A stretch of 63,408 bases of DNA, counting the filler, from Octopus bimaculoides (Eukaryota), in the NCBI RefSeq assembly GCF_001194135.2. It is 6 parts of 5 records of this genome, joined end to end, with 100 filler letters (N's around TTAATTAATTAA, not from the genome) between each part and the next. Parts side by side here need not be neighbours in the genome. Positions count along the whole stretch, not along the records: positions 1 to 26,540 come from NC_068986.1; 5 more parts are not named here. One strand, written 5' to 3'. Shown here piece by piece: positions 12,411 to 24,687 of the stretch. Each line of letters opens with the position of its first letter. The stretch's first letter is position 1. A model generated the notes under the pieces. It was not told the DNA's origin and searched no databases. It was given only the letters and a program-made list of their open reading frames with translations. Made by a program: the position numbers and the translations under genes.

Positions 12411-12684
12411 GCTTATCTACTTGTCAAAAGACTACCCTATGTATATTGAAAGGGTTGAAGTCCACATTAACTTTTTCAAGCTTCACTAAGAAAGGAAAGT
12501 TAGGGTAGATAGGGAAGTGCTGCTTCCCAGCAATTTTAATGAAAGGTGAGTTAATGTGGTAAGAATTGTCTGAGTGATGTCCGAGCATGTGCCCTATTGG
12601 TCAGGGTGACCGTTGTTTTATGGGGGTTCCACGAGCATCCCTAGGATACCTTGTAACGTCCCCAATACGTTTTGTGAACCCTTC

Positions 12685-12846
12685 GTTTAGCGATATTTCG
12701 CTCGTCGCTACATTCTGAGTTCAAATTCTGCCGAAATCGACTTTCGGGGTCGATAAATTAAGTGCCAGTGAAACACTGGAGTCGATGTAATCAACTAGTT
12801 CCCTCCCTCAAAATTTCAGGCCTTGTGCCTATAGTAGAAAGGATTG
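12685..12846 (+). mobile_element. SINE family A copy, truncated
   Basis: TTCTGAGTTCAAATTCTGCCGA, GGGGTCGATAAATTAAGT, GGCCTTGTGCCTATAGTAGAAAGG. Confidence 0.85.
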
Positions 12847-13200
12847 TTATTACCTTCACCTTAGCGAAGGCGGGGGTATTGTTTTTAGTCGTGTTTGTTT
12901 GTTTGTTTGTCTGTGGACAAGACATCTCAAGAACCGCTGGATGGATTCGGATGAAACAGGGATGTTTGGCCTCGTGACTGGCACGAACTGATTAGATTTT
13001 GTGATCGATCCGGTACCGGACAAGGATTCTGGATTATTTGTTATATCTACTTTACTTTACATGATTATGATCTTACGTTCACTTTCAAGTCTTTCTCAAC
13101 TATCTCCCTTTAGGCTGTTTCCAAAGTTTTATTTTTGTTTCTCTATTATTAATTTTACTCGCGTCTCTATCTTAGTAAAAACTGATGGATAAAGAAATCA
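12847..13200 (+). mobile_element. Helentron-associated / DINE-1-like non-autonomous element (copy 1)
   Basis: Starts TTATTACC with imperfect hairpin TACCTTCACCTT-AGCG-AAGGCGGGGGTA, then (GTTT)n/GTCT microsatellite and TGGATGGATTCGGATGAAA. Shares GGTACC.GACAAGGATTCTGGATTATTT with copy 2. Right boundary uncertain. Confidence 0.6.
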
Positions 13201-13532
13201 AATTACATAAACAAACGGCAGCAAAACCGTTCAGAAATTAAATAACACTAACATATTTTTATAATGTANNNNNNNNNNNNNNNNNNNNNNNNNNNNNNNN
13301 NNNNNNNNNNNNNNNNNNNNNNNNNNNNNNNNNNNNNNNNNNNNNNNNNNNNNNNNNNNNNNNNNNNNNNNNNNNNNNNNNNNNNNNNNNNNNNNNNNNN
13401 NNNNNNNNNNNNNNNNNNNNNNNNNNNNNNNNNNNNNNNNNNNNNNNNNNNNNNNNNNNNNNNNNNNNNNNNNNNNNNNNNNNNNNNNNNNNNNNNNNNN
13501 NNNNNNNNNNNNNNNNNNNNNNNNNNNNNNNN

Positions 13533-13568
<36 letters not shown>

Positions 13569-13824
13569 TTAGGGACTGTGACAGTGGATTTTCATCGATG
13601 AGTTCATGAACCTTGGTTCTTTTCTCTAAAACTATATATATATTATATTATATTATATTATATTATATATATATATCAACACTTTACAGTATACTTACAT
13701 ATATATAAATACATCTATACATCGATCTAAAGCAAGAGGATTATTAAAGAAAGGCCGGAATTTAAGAGAAGAGAAGACCAAAAAGTCTCATGTTATTCAT
13801 TAAAAAATTCCTGAGTAGAACTTG

Positions 13825-14162
13825 TTATTATTACCTCCGCCTTTGAAACTATTTTGAATGGTGAATTTGTTAACTTTGGCTTGTATTAGATAAGGATAAA
13901 CTATTTATTACTGTTACTAAATTTTCTACAGCTACCTTCACATTCCATGACTACCATTGGGAATGATTAGGTACCAGACAAGGATTCTGGATTATTTTTC
14001 CGATCTTTTTACTTAATTTTTGAGAACGGCCGGGTTGATTTTTAGTATTCTCGTTTGTGAAATCAGTCGAGTTTATTTCAGATATTCTCATTTTAATAAT
14101 CATCTCTGGTAATCGTTGAGAGGACGTTGATGGAGGTTTGTGCTTTCTGAGTGTTCTTGTTA
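13825..14162 (+). mobile_element. Helentron-associated / DINE-1-like element (copy 2, internally deleted)
   Basis: TTATTATTACCTCCGCCTT start; ends GATGGAGGTTTGTGCTTTCTGAGTGTTCTTGTT (subterminal IR plus degenerate 3' hairpin). Confidence 0.55.
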
Positions 14163-14178
14163 TTATTGTTGTGGTTAA

Positions 14179-14389
14179 GGCGGCGCGCTAGCAAAGTCGT
14201 TATCGCGCCGGGCAAAATGCTTAGCGGCATTCGTCCGTCCTTACGTTCTGAGTTCAAATTCCGTCGAGGTCGACTTCACCTTTCATCCTTTCGGGGTCGA
14301 TTAAATAAGTACCAGTTACACACTGAGGTTGATGTAATCAACTTAATCCCTTCCCCCAAATTTGAGGCCTTGTGCTTCCAGTAGAAAGG

Positions 14390-14479
<90 letters not shown>

Positions 14480-14480
14480 T
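14179..14480 (+). mobile_element. SINE family A copy plus expanded (ATT)n tail (14391-14480)
   Basis: Well-preserved GGCGGCGCGCTAGCA head, B-box-like motif, body and tail. Confidence 0.9.
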
Positions 14481-15028
14481 TATTTTATGTTTGACTTTTG
14501 CTTTGCATTTGTACAAGTTGGATCCAAGTCTCACCCAGAGACCTCAAGAGACAACAAGTTAGAAGTTCATGTAGGTGTTATGCTTAGGATACCATATATT
14601 TGGATTTGTACATAGTGTTGTTCTAGAGAATGTTTNNNNNNNNNNNNNNNNNNNNNNNNNNNNNNNNNAGGTATTGTTTTAGTCTTCAGGTTCCACATTT
14701 TGCTAATTTCTATTTCAAGATCTTTATATTTGCTCAGTTTTTGGTAGGTCTTGACAGATACGTTTATATCGATTGGGACAGTCATATCAATGAGGAGGCA
14801 TGATTTTTGTCTGAAGTCTTTCAGTATGATGTCTGGCCTATTTGCATCTATCTTTCTGTCAGTTTGAATGGTGAAGTTCCAGAGGAGTGTGATGTGATCA
14901 TTTTCAAGTACTGGGGGTGGTTTGTGTTCCCACCATTTTTTATCATGGGGCAAGTCCAGGTTTTTTGCATATTACCCAGTGAATATACTGTGCAGCTCTA
15001 TCATGCCTGTTGAGATACTCTGTAGGCG
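14481..15028 (-). mobile_element. R4/Dong-clade RLE LINE, 5'-truncated (subfamily 2), (ATT)n on both sides
   Basis: PTEYLNRHDRAAQYIHW then ORF 14567-14953 with NRPDIIL, LIDMTVP and KLSKYKDL (RHD/RPD/D-P/K..KY RLE motifs); distinct 3'UTR. Confidence 0.92.
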
Positions 15029-15799
15029 TATTATTAGTATTTTTATTATTATTATTATTATTATTTCTCACAAAGGAACAAAGCCAGTCCAGTATTTGTG
15101 CATTGTTGGTTTGAGTGTTCATATCGAACAGTTGTATGAATGTTTCCGGCGATCAGCTTTCCTTTACTGAGACAAAGCGGGAAGTATTTCTCTATCTTAT
15201 GTGATTTTCCTCTACTATCTACATAATCCTTTCTTTATTTCCATATTATTATGCATGTATTAGAGTGTAATCATTGTGATTCCTCATCTACTATCCCCTC
15301 CTTTTGTGGGTTGAATTTCATCTTTATATTGTCCCCAATATTTTAATATGTTGTGGCTAGCAAAAACATGATCGGTACATTGGCAGAATCGTTAGAGCTT
15401 CAAAAAATAACGCTTTGGAGTATTTGTGCTGACTCTTACGCTTTATCTTTCAAAACAATAAAATGCCATCAAATTACTGATATCGATATAATTAAATGTT
15501 TCTTACATGGCCGTGGCCTATGTAAGAAATTATCAGCAGCAGCAGTAGCAGCATCATCATCGTCATCATCATTCATCGTCGTCCTTGTCATTACCATCTT
15601 CAGTAGCTGCAGTAGCGTTCTGTTAGCTCCCTTTTACACTTTGAATTCAACTTTGCTTTCCATTCTTCCAGAGTTGATAAAATATTGTGGGGTCGATGGT
15701 ATCAGCGTTATCCCTTCCCGCCAAATTGTTGGTTTTGTGCCTGTAATAAAAACCATCGTCGTTATTATTCTTACCATTAAAACAAATCACATACCAGGG

Positions 15800-16960
15800 A
15801 TGCTGTCTTGACGTTTGATGACAAGTTTCCTCAAATCTCAAAAACCTTTTTAGGACTCTTGCAGAACACAGAATTGCTCATTGTGTAGGTCAACCATGCA
15901 AGTCTCAGTTCCTTCAGCCATCTATGTTTCAGTTTGGATGTTGTGCCAAGTGTACCAATTACCACAGGAGTAATTGTCTTCTAAATCTTCCAGTTTTTCA
16001 CTGCTCTGACTAGGTTCTCAATTTTCTCAGATTCTTTGATATCCATTCTGTTATCAAATGGTATTGAAAATTCTATGACTATACACTGTTTTGATCTCTC
16101 TCTCTTTTTTTTTTTTTTGCACATTCAGTCTTCTTGCTTCACTAGTATGGTCAATCTCTATGAAGAAGTCCCACAAAATCTTATAATTCTTACTCTTTAT
16201 CACAGCCTCTGGTTCATGTTCACAGAACTTTCCTGTTATTTCGAAGCCACACACTGGGATAACATTCCATTGCACTCTTTCACTGTCATACTTATGCCTA
16301 CTCTTATACTCTTTGTGTACCAGCTTATCACATTCACTTCAGAAATGGTTAATACTTTTTTCTTCTCTCTTACAGATTCTGCATTTGCTCTCTAACTGAG
16401 CTTTATCAACCTTTTTCTAAATCAAATTTCTCCTAACGACATACTCCTGAGCGGCCATAATCAACAATTCAGCTTCGCATTTTAGGTTTCTGTCCACCAG
16501 CCACTACCAGCGCTCTTCCAAAATTCTTGGTTTGTTGTACAAATTGATTATGTAATTCATTCTCTTTCCAGCTACTTGTTCTGTTATTTTTCCTCCTGCT
16601 CTTGAATTCTCCTACTGTTTCAATAACTTTTTGAACACTTCTAGCCGCCGGTGGTATTCTTTCTTCACTACTTACAAACTACTTTTTCAAATCTAATATC
16701 ACAGTACTAATGACATTTAGCAGTCCTCTGCCACTTTCCTTCCTTGGTAGTTAGAGCCTTTCAATATTACTTTCAGGATGCACATTGTGTATTGTGAGTA
16801 GCTTTCAAGTTCTTCTATCCAAGTGTTGTAGATCTGTCTTCGCCCATTTTAGAAAAGGAACAGAGTATTTATTGCTTTGATAATATTCCCACCATTTTAT
16901 TTTGTTTCTTAATTCTTCAGTTATACTCTTTGGAGATTTTCTCTTTCATTTCTCCTTCAA
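15800..16960 (-). mobile_element. Old R4/Dong-like LINE fragment (RT thumb, CCHC, RLE), heavily mutated
   Basis: Across stops and frameshifts: LDRRTRKLLTIHNVHPESNIERL*LPRKESGRGLL; KCRIC..INHF.SECDKL..KEYKSRHD; EHEPEAVIKSKNYKILWDF; TPVVIGTLG. Confidence 0.8.
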
Positions 16961-17706
16961 TAGCATCGGCTCTCACAGCCAGTGAAACTGAGGAAGAGGT
17001 GAGGGATAATTCTGACAGACACTTGCAGCATGTTTCACGGTTCCTCGCCTTCAACCTTCACGTGAAAGTAGAAGAAAACATTTTAAAGTCCAAAGTCCAA
17101 ATAATTTCATCACAGCTGTTTTGGCAATCAACAGTAGCATTAACAACAGCAGCAACAACAAAAATAACAACTTCAACACTACCAACAACAACACAACCAA
17201 AAGCAACAGAAGCAGCTGCAGCAAAGCTAGCGAACACAGCATTCTGCTCATTGAAAGGGGGGAGAAAGTTTCATTGATAACGATTCAAAGTTCAAATGAT
17301 AGAACGGCAAAGGAGAGTAGCAATTAAAAACAACAAAAACAGTAACAACAACATCAGCAAAAATAAACAGAACAGCAACCGCAACAGCAACGGTGACAGC
17401 ACAAGCAACAGCGATGGCAACACTAGCAGCAACAGCAGCAATGGTATTAACGGCAGGAAAAACAGTGGCGACAGTAGTAGCAGCGACAGTAATGGTAGGG
17501 ACACCAGCAATATCAACAGCGACAGCGACGATGATGAGGCTTCTTTTGCTGGAGTGGTCTCAACAGTACTATAGAGTCTCTCCTCACAAGATAAGTGGGC
17601 GAAATTAGAAGATACCGCTAGAGTGAGAAAAGTTGAGGGGAGAAGAATACAGCTTGTGTTCCCTCCTTAAACTTTTACTGCAACTGCTAGAAAGGCAATA
17701 ATATAT

Positions 17707-17726
17707 CACTGCGTTAGTTTAAAAAC
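17707..17726. repeat. Short (CCCTAA)3 telomere-like motif
   Basis: CCCTAACCCTAACCCTAAC visible. Confidence 0.8.
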
Positions 17727-18213
17727 TAGTCGTCTGGAAAAAGGTCCCTAACCCTAACCCTAACTCTTGTCGCATGGTAAAAAGGCCCCTCCATGATAAA
17801 TGGCAGGACATCGATTATATATCATGAGCAAGTATTTCTGCTTGGTCGAGGACTTATTTAAGACTAAGGTCCTCGCATTACAACATTAACTAATCGCATG
17901 CTGGAGCGAACTTTCTTAATTATTCTGGAAGAATGGTGGTAAAGGTCATAATACAGTGTGTCCCACCAAAGCTAGATCTCTGGTGGAACCTAGTATGCGT
18001 AGTGTTGACGGGAAGCGAAGTGAAAGAACTGGTTTGGAATCACACTGGAGATTCTTTTTCATGTAAAACGTGAGCAGATAGAAAGGCACCCAAACCTAAT
18101 TTCCCTGCCGATTGGTGTAGGATAGCGAGTAATTATGAAGAACAGGCGATCGAGATGCCATGTTTATGCAACAACTGACCACCGTCCGAACAGCCAAAAC
18201 AGGCTAGAGTAAA

Positions 18214-18870
18214 GGACGATGTCATCGTAATAGTGTCGGATACGTAATAGTGTCGGATACGTAATAGTGTCGGATACGTAATAGTGTCGGATACGTAATA
18301 GTGTCGGATACGAAGCACATAGTGGTGATTCGAACTGTTCCAAAGGGATTCGATGCAGTGTCAGGAGCACAAGTCAACTATGAAAAATCAGTGAACCTCT
18401 ACCTTGGCACCTGGAAAAGCTAGGCCATGCCGTCCAGAAATATGAAGCACAAGAGAGATGGTCCAGTGAAATTGTTCGGGGCTTGATTTGGTCCATATCT
18501 CCTAATGGAGAACTAGGACGAAGCGACGAGCAGTATCACCTATCTTAGCCTGAAAGAAGCCGAGAGAAAGCAGATCCCGAAAGGTCGGAGAGAAATAGCA
18601 AATACTTGCACCGCTTCTGTTATACATTACCGTCTAACCGTCACACCTTCCCCATTTTACGTTCTACAAGACTGAAGCACCTACTCTCCTGCTTTCTGTA
18701 GAAGAGACTTGCTCTACAGTTTACGTGCTACGTTTGTTGCCAACATCTAATGAGAGGATTACTGGGCATACCGTGGTAATGATGCGCTGACATGTGCTGA
18801 GGCTACATCTCCAAAGTCTCCTTGAATCAGGTGTGGTCGCTGTTAGGCGCACTTTTCTACAGTTCATCTC
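18214..18870 (+). mobile_element. L1/Tx1-clade reverse-transcriptase fragment
   Basis: With extra repeat units removed: DDVIVIVSDTKHIVVIRTVPKGFDAVSGAQVNYEKSVNLYLGTWKS*AMPS...GPVKLFGA*FGP...KGRREIANTCTASVIHYRLTV, later CQHL..G..GIPW..MR*HVLRL. Confidence 0.85.
18226..18310. repeat. Minisatellite, 5 perfect copies of 17-bp CGTAATAGTGTCGGATA
   Basis: Units start at 18226, 18243, 18260, 18277 and 18294; no spacers. Confidence 0.98.
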
Positions 18871-19004
18871 ATTGATAGAGTTGCCGTCCTGGATCAAATA
18901 TGGCTCGGTACCTGATGCTGGGATCGATATAATTGAATAATCCCACTCCCTTACTATTGTTGGCCTTGTGTCAAAGTTTGAAACAATTTTTTGTTGCTGT
19001 TGTC

Positions 19005-19185
19005 TGGGCGGTAGATTGACTAAATCGTTAGCGCTGCGGAAAAATGCGTTTACATTTTGATTTCAAATCTTGCTAAGGTCAACTTAGCCTTTCTTCCTTC
19101 AAGAGTAAATTAAATCAGATAGCAGACATATACTAAGATTGACGCGAATTTCAGGCTTTGTGCCTATGGTAGAAACAATTATTGT
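19005..19185 (+). mobile_element. Degenerate SINE family A copy
   Basis: GGCGGTAGATTGACTAAATCGTTAGC head; AATTTCAGGCTTTGTGCCTATGGTAGAAAC tail. Confidence 0.65.
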
Positions 19186-19587
19186 TTTCAGCAGAGTGGT
19201 GTACCTTTTATGAGTTCATGTTTCACAAAAAATATCGGTTTAATTTTCAAATTAGTTGTTGTTGCTAGTGTGTGCGCACGCGCCTGTGTGTGTGTGTGTG
19301 TGTGCGTGTGTGTATGCTTTGTCGTCGTGTTTGTATGGGGGAGAGGAAGAGATTGCAATTTGAGTTTTGTTTCTTTTTGTGTCGGATAATTTTTGAAAGA
19401 GCATTTGTAAAGTTGATACCTACAGAGCTGATGAGAAGAAGAATTTCTCACAAAAAAGCTAGCAACATTTACGTCTCCCTTCAAAAATAAAAAAAATAAA
19501 CATAGGAATTTTTAAAACGTTCACCCCTGCCTGTATTGTGCCGCAAATGTAATGTCTGGCCAACACAATAATCAATAGTCCTTTGTG

Positions 19588-20589
19588 CTGATCAATAAGT
19601 ACCCGGACTGTTGCCATAGTAACGAAGCTAAAGCACGAAAAGTGAAGCTACTTGGTACAGAACTTATAGATTTTGAACTCTACATGCACACTAAGTTTTA
19701 ACATACTATCTCACTTCCGCTGTTTACAGCCGTGCTTGGAAGGAACGTGTGTAACGTGTGATCGTTGCATTGACCATGGCAGAAAAAGTTGAACAGAGAA
19801 TCTGCAGCAAATTTTGCCAAAATCTTAGCGATACCTGCTCAGAGGCCTACGCAAAGTTTTCAAAAAGTTTTCATCGTTCTCGACACAATCAAGGAGATCT
19901 TGCGCAACTGAAACCCGAGTGTCTTTTTGGTCAACTGAAAGCAATTTTGGCACAAACTTGGCAGACACGCGTCTCATACCCAAATCTTCGGTGATAATGA
20001 ACTGAACTGAATCGTAATTAATCTGTACATCCTCTGATAACTCACGGATGGTGATTCGANNNNNNNNNNCTTGGCAGACACGCGTCTCATACCCAAATCT
20101 TCGGTGATAATGAACTGAACTGAATCGTAATTAATCTGTACATCCTCTGATAACTCACGGATGGTGATTCGACGATTTCCTCTCACAGCTGCAGGCACAT
20201 CTGTAATATTTTTCTCTGCTCTGCTTGTTGTGGGTCTCCCAGAACGTTCGTCAATACCGACAATTTTTCGGCCATCTTGGAAACGTCTGAACCACTCGTA
20301 CACTTGTATGCGGCTCATACACTCCTATCCATACACTTTCTGCAACTTTGCGTTGGCCTCTGAGCAGATAATGCCATGACAACTTTCTCTGTCATTGTCA
20401 ATGCGACGATCACTCGCTACACACGTTCCTTCCAAACACTGCTGTAAACAGTGGAAGTGAGCTAGAACGTTAAAATTTAGTGCACAAGCACGGCGGAGTC
20501 AAGGTCAGTCTTTCCAAGCGACTTTACTCTGCGTACTTTAGCTTCGTTCCTATGACAACAGTCCAGATATTTATTGATCAGGCCTCGTA
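19588..20589. mobile_element. Mariner (Tc1/mariner) derivative made of two 5' ends in inverted orientation
   Basis: Right end reverse complement TACGAGGCCTGATCAATAAATATCTGGACTG (TIR plus TA); left end CTGATCAATAAGTACCCGGACTG. Minus arm encodes VYEWFRRFQDGR..ERSGRP..RRITIREL..RRVSAKFVPKLL..ENDENFLKT; plus arm encodes MAEKVEQRICSKFCQNL. Confidence 0.9.
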
Positions 20590-20849
20590 TATTGCAACAT
20601 TTGCCTGCAGGTAGGAGTATGGTACAAGAAACAGGTGACACAGTACGAGCCGATGGTGAGGGCGGTGATGATATGAAATAATGTTGTTAGGAGGTCTGTA
20701 TGAACATATTTATGTTTATCAAAGAACACAAGGCTATCTCAGAGCTACATCCCCTTCAGGGTGTAGAAAGACAGTGAATAGACTAGTGATGAAATTCGGA
20801 ATACTCAGTTGCTATACGATTGGAGTAAGAGTGCCTGGGAGTCGTTTAC

Positions 20850-21420
20850 CCAGAGCATAGAGAAAAAAAAAAAGAAGTAACAATAGCAGAACACAGAAAC
20901 TTGCCTGCTTACAGAGCACCTCTGATTGCAGCTCCTCATCGTCGCTATAAAGAACCGACTGCCATGTAGAACTGAAAAGGTGATAGGTACCCTCCCAGTA
21001 GTACCAACTGGTGTTTTGCGGTGTTGAAGAGAAAATAGACGTTACTGAGCAGTGGAAAATTGGCCCGGAAGCTAAAAGAGGTAAAATAAATGAGCTCAAA
21101 CAAAAGACATATAAGACCGACTAAGAGGAACAACTCTTACATAGGACAGCATGAAATACCATGGTTTTCCGAATCCCGAACGAAGAACTAATAAATACAT
21201 TGTAGGATATGTACGAGAGGAAATTGAAACAATGTACTGAATTAGGTGCAGGTACCAAACAACATTGATGAATGGCTGTAGTGCAGTTACCTGGAGGACG
21301 TGAGTTGTATTTCGCCGAGTCTGGTAACTATTTGTAGGAGTAGGGTAGAATTCGCTTGCTGTCCTAGGGTACACTGACCCTAGATGGGTACCGAATTTTC
21401 ACCCACATATGGGTAGGTTG
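20850..21420 (+). mobile_element. Possible decayed LINE ORF1-like fragment
   Basis: Purine-rich, stop-interrupted reading (GVEEKIDVTEQWKIGPEAKRGKINELKQKTYKTD*EEQLLHRT) reminiscent of Tx1 ORF1; no diagnostic motif. Confidence 0.3.
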
Positions 21421-22201
21421 CTCCTATGTATAGGGGATAAGTGGTTGGTTGGGTGCGTGTGTGTATGTATGCATGCATATATGTTTGTCACATTTATTTA
21501 TTTTCCCCGTTGTCGTCGTCGCCGTCTGCTCTTTCACCACCACCGCCTCCACCACCGCCACCACAGCCATCATCCTCGTTATCATCAACGCCACCTTATC
21601 GTTATCAACATCATCTTCCACGTCATTAACACACCCAACAACATCATCAACACCATCACAACTGTCATCATTCTCATCATCATAAGCACCAGAGTCATCC
21701 ACTTATTTTGCGTTTCTTCCTTCACCCAACACGACACATGCTTACTAGTTAGACGTTCGTTAATGTTGCACACATGTGCAGCCACTGTTAACTTGCAGGC
21801 GGGTAGCTTTCATCTTGTTTAGCAGAGGAAATGATAATAATGGAAGCGACCATACATTTTCACTCTTTTCTTGCTAAAATTAAGAGGATTAAACAACTCA
21901 ACATCCACATCAGAGTAGTTTACCACCCTCCCCTACCAATCTAACCTCATCTCCATCTCCGATTCTCAATACATATACATACACACAAATACATGCACAC
22001 ATATATACACACACGTAATGTATACATACATATGTATGTGTGTGTGTGTGTGCCTATGTATTACGTTTATCATGCTTTCCTTGCTACCTTTCTACTCTTC
22101 CTCTCTCCGTTTCTCTCCTTCTCCCTCTCCCTCTCCCTCTCTTCTTTTTTAGCTATACGCCGTTTATACAAATATATATTTGCATATGCTTATATATATA
22201 T

Positions 22202-22240
<39 letters not shown>

Positions 22241-22568
22241 NNNNNNNNNNNNNNNNNNNNNNNNNNNNNNNNNNNNNNNNNNNNNNNNNNNNNNNNNNNN
22301 NNNNNNNNNNNNNNNNNNNNNNNNNNNNNNNNNNNNNNNNNNNNNNNNNNNNNNNNNNNNNNNNNNNNNNNNNNNNNNNNNNNNNNNNNNNNNNNNNNNN
22401 NNNNNNNNNNNNNNNNNNNNNNNNNNNNNNNNNNNNNNNNNNNNNNNNNNNNNNNNNNNNNNNNNNNNNNNNNNNNNNNNNNNNNNNNNNNNNNNNNNNN
22501 NNNNNNNNNNNNNNNNNNNNNNNNNNNNNNNNNNNNNNNNNNNNNNNNNNNNNNNNNNNNNNNNNNNN

Positions 22569-22636
<68 letters not shown>

Positions 22637-23422
22637 TACACACACAGATATATATATATATATATACACTATACACTACGCACACACATACATGCATACA
22701 CAAATACATATATACGAATAGAGAGAAATACCGACAGACAGGAAAATATGAAGAGAAAGAACGAATATGCACACCCAACCACTCATGTACCACACACACA
22801 CACACACACACAGAGCAGCAGCAGTAGCACATACTACCATACACTCAATCACAAACAGACACAAACGCACACATACATAGTTAAAAATGAAATGGTAAAA
22901 TAGTGTGAAATAGATGACTGATCAATATTAACTATCGATTATAGATTTGTTTGATTTGAGATTTTTTCTTCGCATTTTTTGCTTTTTCCTTTTTATTATA
23001 TTTCCTTTTTAGTCCGGTTGGGAAAACAAAAGCTAAATTGTAAGGATATTTGCATAAAATGAGAACCTATGAAAATAAGCAGTGAGTTGAGTGAGGATGG
23101 ATGATAATTGGGAAGAAAGACGAAACTTCAAGTAGATCTCTAAATACATAATAAAAGAATAAATAATACATAAACAAATGAAGAAATAAATGACTGAATA
23201 AATGAATTAGCAGTCATATGAAGGAAGGTCTTTATCAGTGGTATTGAACCATTCACGTTAGACATCGCCTCATATAGTTTAAACTGGTTTCCCTATTCTT
23301 AATGAACTGCTGGTCTTACATTTGTTTTTTGACAATTGACGAACGCGAGAGTTGCATTTCTTTGTTGTTACATATGTGTGTGTGTGTGTGTGTGTGTGTG
23401 TTTGAATGTGTATGCACATACA

Positions 23423-23462
<40 letters not shown>

Positions 23463-23524
23463 TATGTCCATACATATGTATAGATGTATATATGTGCAAA
23501 TGTATGTTTTATTATTATTATCAA

Positions 23525-23579
<55 letters not shown>

Positions 23580-23999
23580 GGAAGAAGTGGTAGTAGCAGT
23601 AGCATGCATAATGTTCTAGTGTTTGTGATTGTTCATATGATTGTTATTGCTGTTGTTTTTATTGTTATTATCATGTTAACTGCTTCCCTCGCCACCATGT
23701 TAATATTGTTTGCTTTTCTTCATTCAGTGTTCTTGTTTATGCTTCTGTTGTTCATGTGGTTGTTGCTGTTATTGTTGTTAGTGCCCTCAATTCTTATTCT
23801 TTTTTTTTTATTTTCTTTTGCATTTATTTTCTATACTCTTCTATATTTTTCTATTTTGTTGTTTATTTTCTTCTGCTTCCTAATTTCCTAATTCGAAACA
23901 TTTCTAAGTTAAAAAGGAAAAAACAGCTACGGCATTGTTACGATTTTCCTTCTGTTGTACACATATATACATACATACACACATAGCTGCACGTGTATA

Positions 24000-24068
<69 letters not shown>

Positions 24069-24119
24069 GTATATTATATACGCACATATATACACACAAA
24101 GACACAACACACACACATA

Positions 24120-24161
<42 letters not shown>

Positions 24162-24355
24162 CGTATGTATGCCTTTTTCTGTATGTATGATTCACATATG
24201 AGCATACAGACAAACATACACATGTGTGATTGTATGCAGCGCCTATATACATACAGATGTACAGAAAAATACTTCAAATGTGAGTTGCAGTAATATTACC
24301 AAATGCAATAAAGTTACTGAAGACTTTTCGGATCTCCTTAAACCTAATATTTTCG

Positions 24356-24391
<36 letters not shown>

Positions 24392-24639
24392 GTGTGTGTG
24401 TGTACGCATGTATATATGTATGTACATATGTATGTATATGTTTTGTGTGTATATGTATGGGTGTGTGCATATAATACATACATAAATACACGTGTATATG
24501 TACGTATATATATACATGTATACTTAGATATGCATACATACATATTTATATATTTTCAATATGTGAGTATATGTACATTATATATGTGCCTCTATGTGTA
24601 TGTGTGTATGTGTGTGCTTGTGTCTTTATCTGTGTTTGC

Positions 24640-24687
<48 letters not shown>

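Noticed and set aside
17707-17726. Interstitial telomere or chromosome fusion site
   Set aside because: Only three units and no head-to-head arrangement.
18226-18310. CRISPR-like appearance of the 17-bp repeats
   Set aside because: No spacers, eukaryotic context, and the unit derives from RT coding sequence.
19426-19450. CTGATGA hammerhead core followed by a small hairpin
   Set aside because: No GAAA or helix III after the stem.
19958-20171. ~100-bp tandem duplication inside the mariner
   Set aside because: Identical copies flank an ~11-N gap; unmerged contig overlap.
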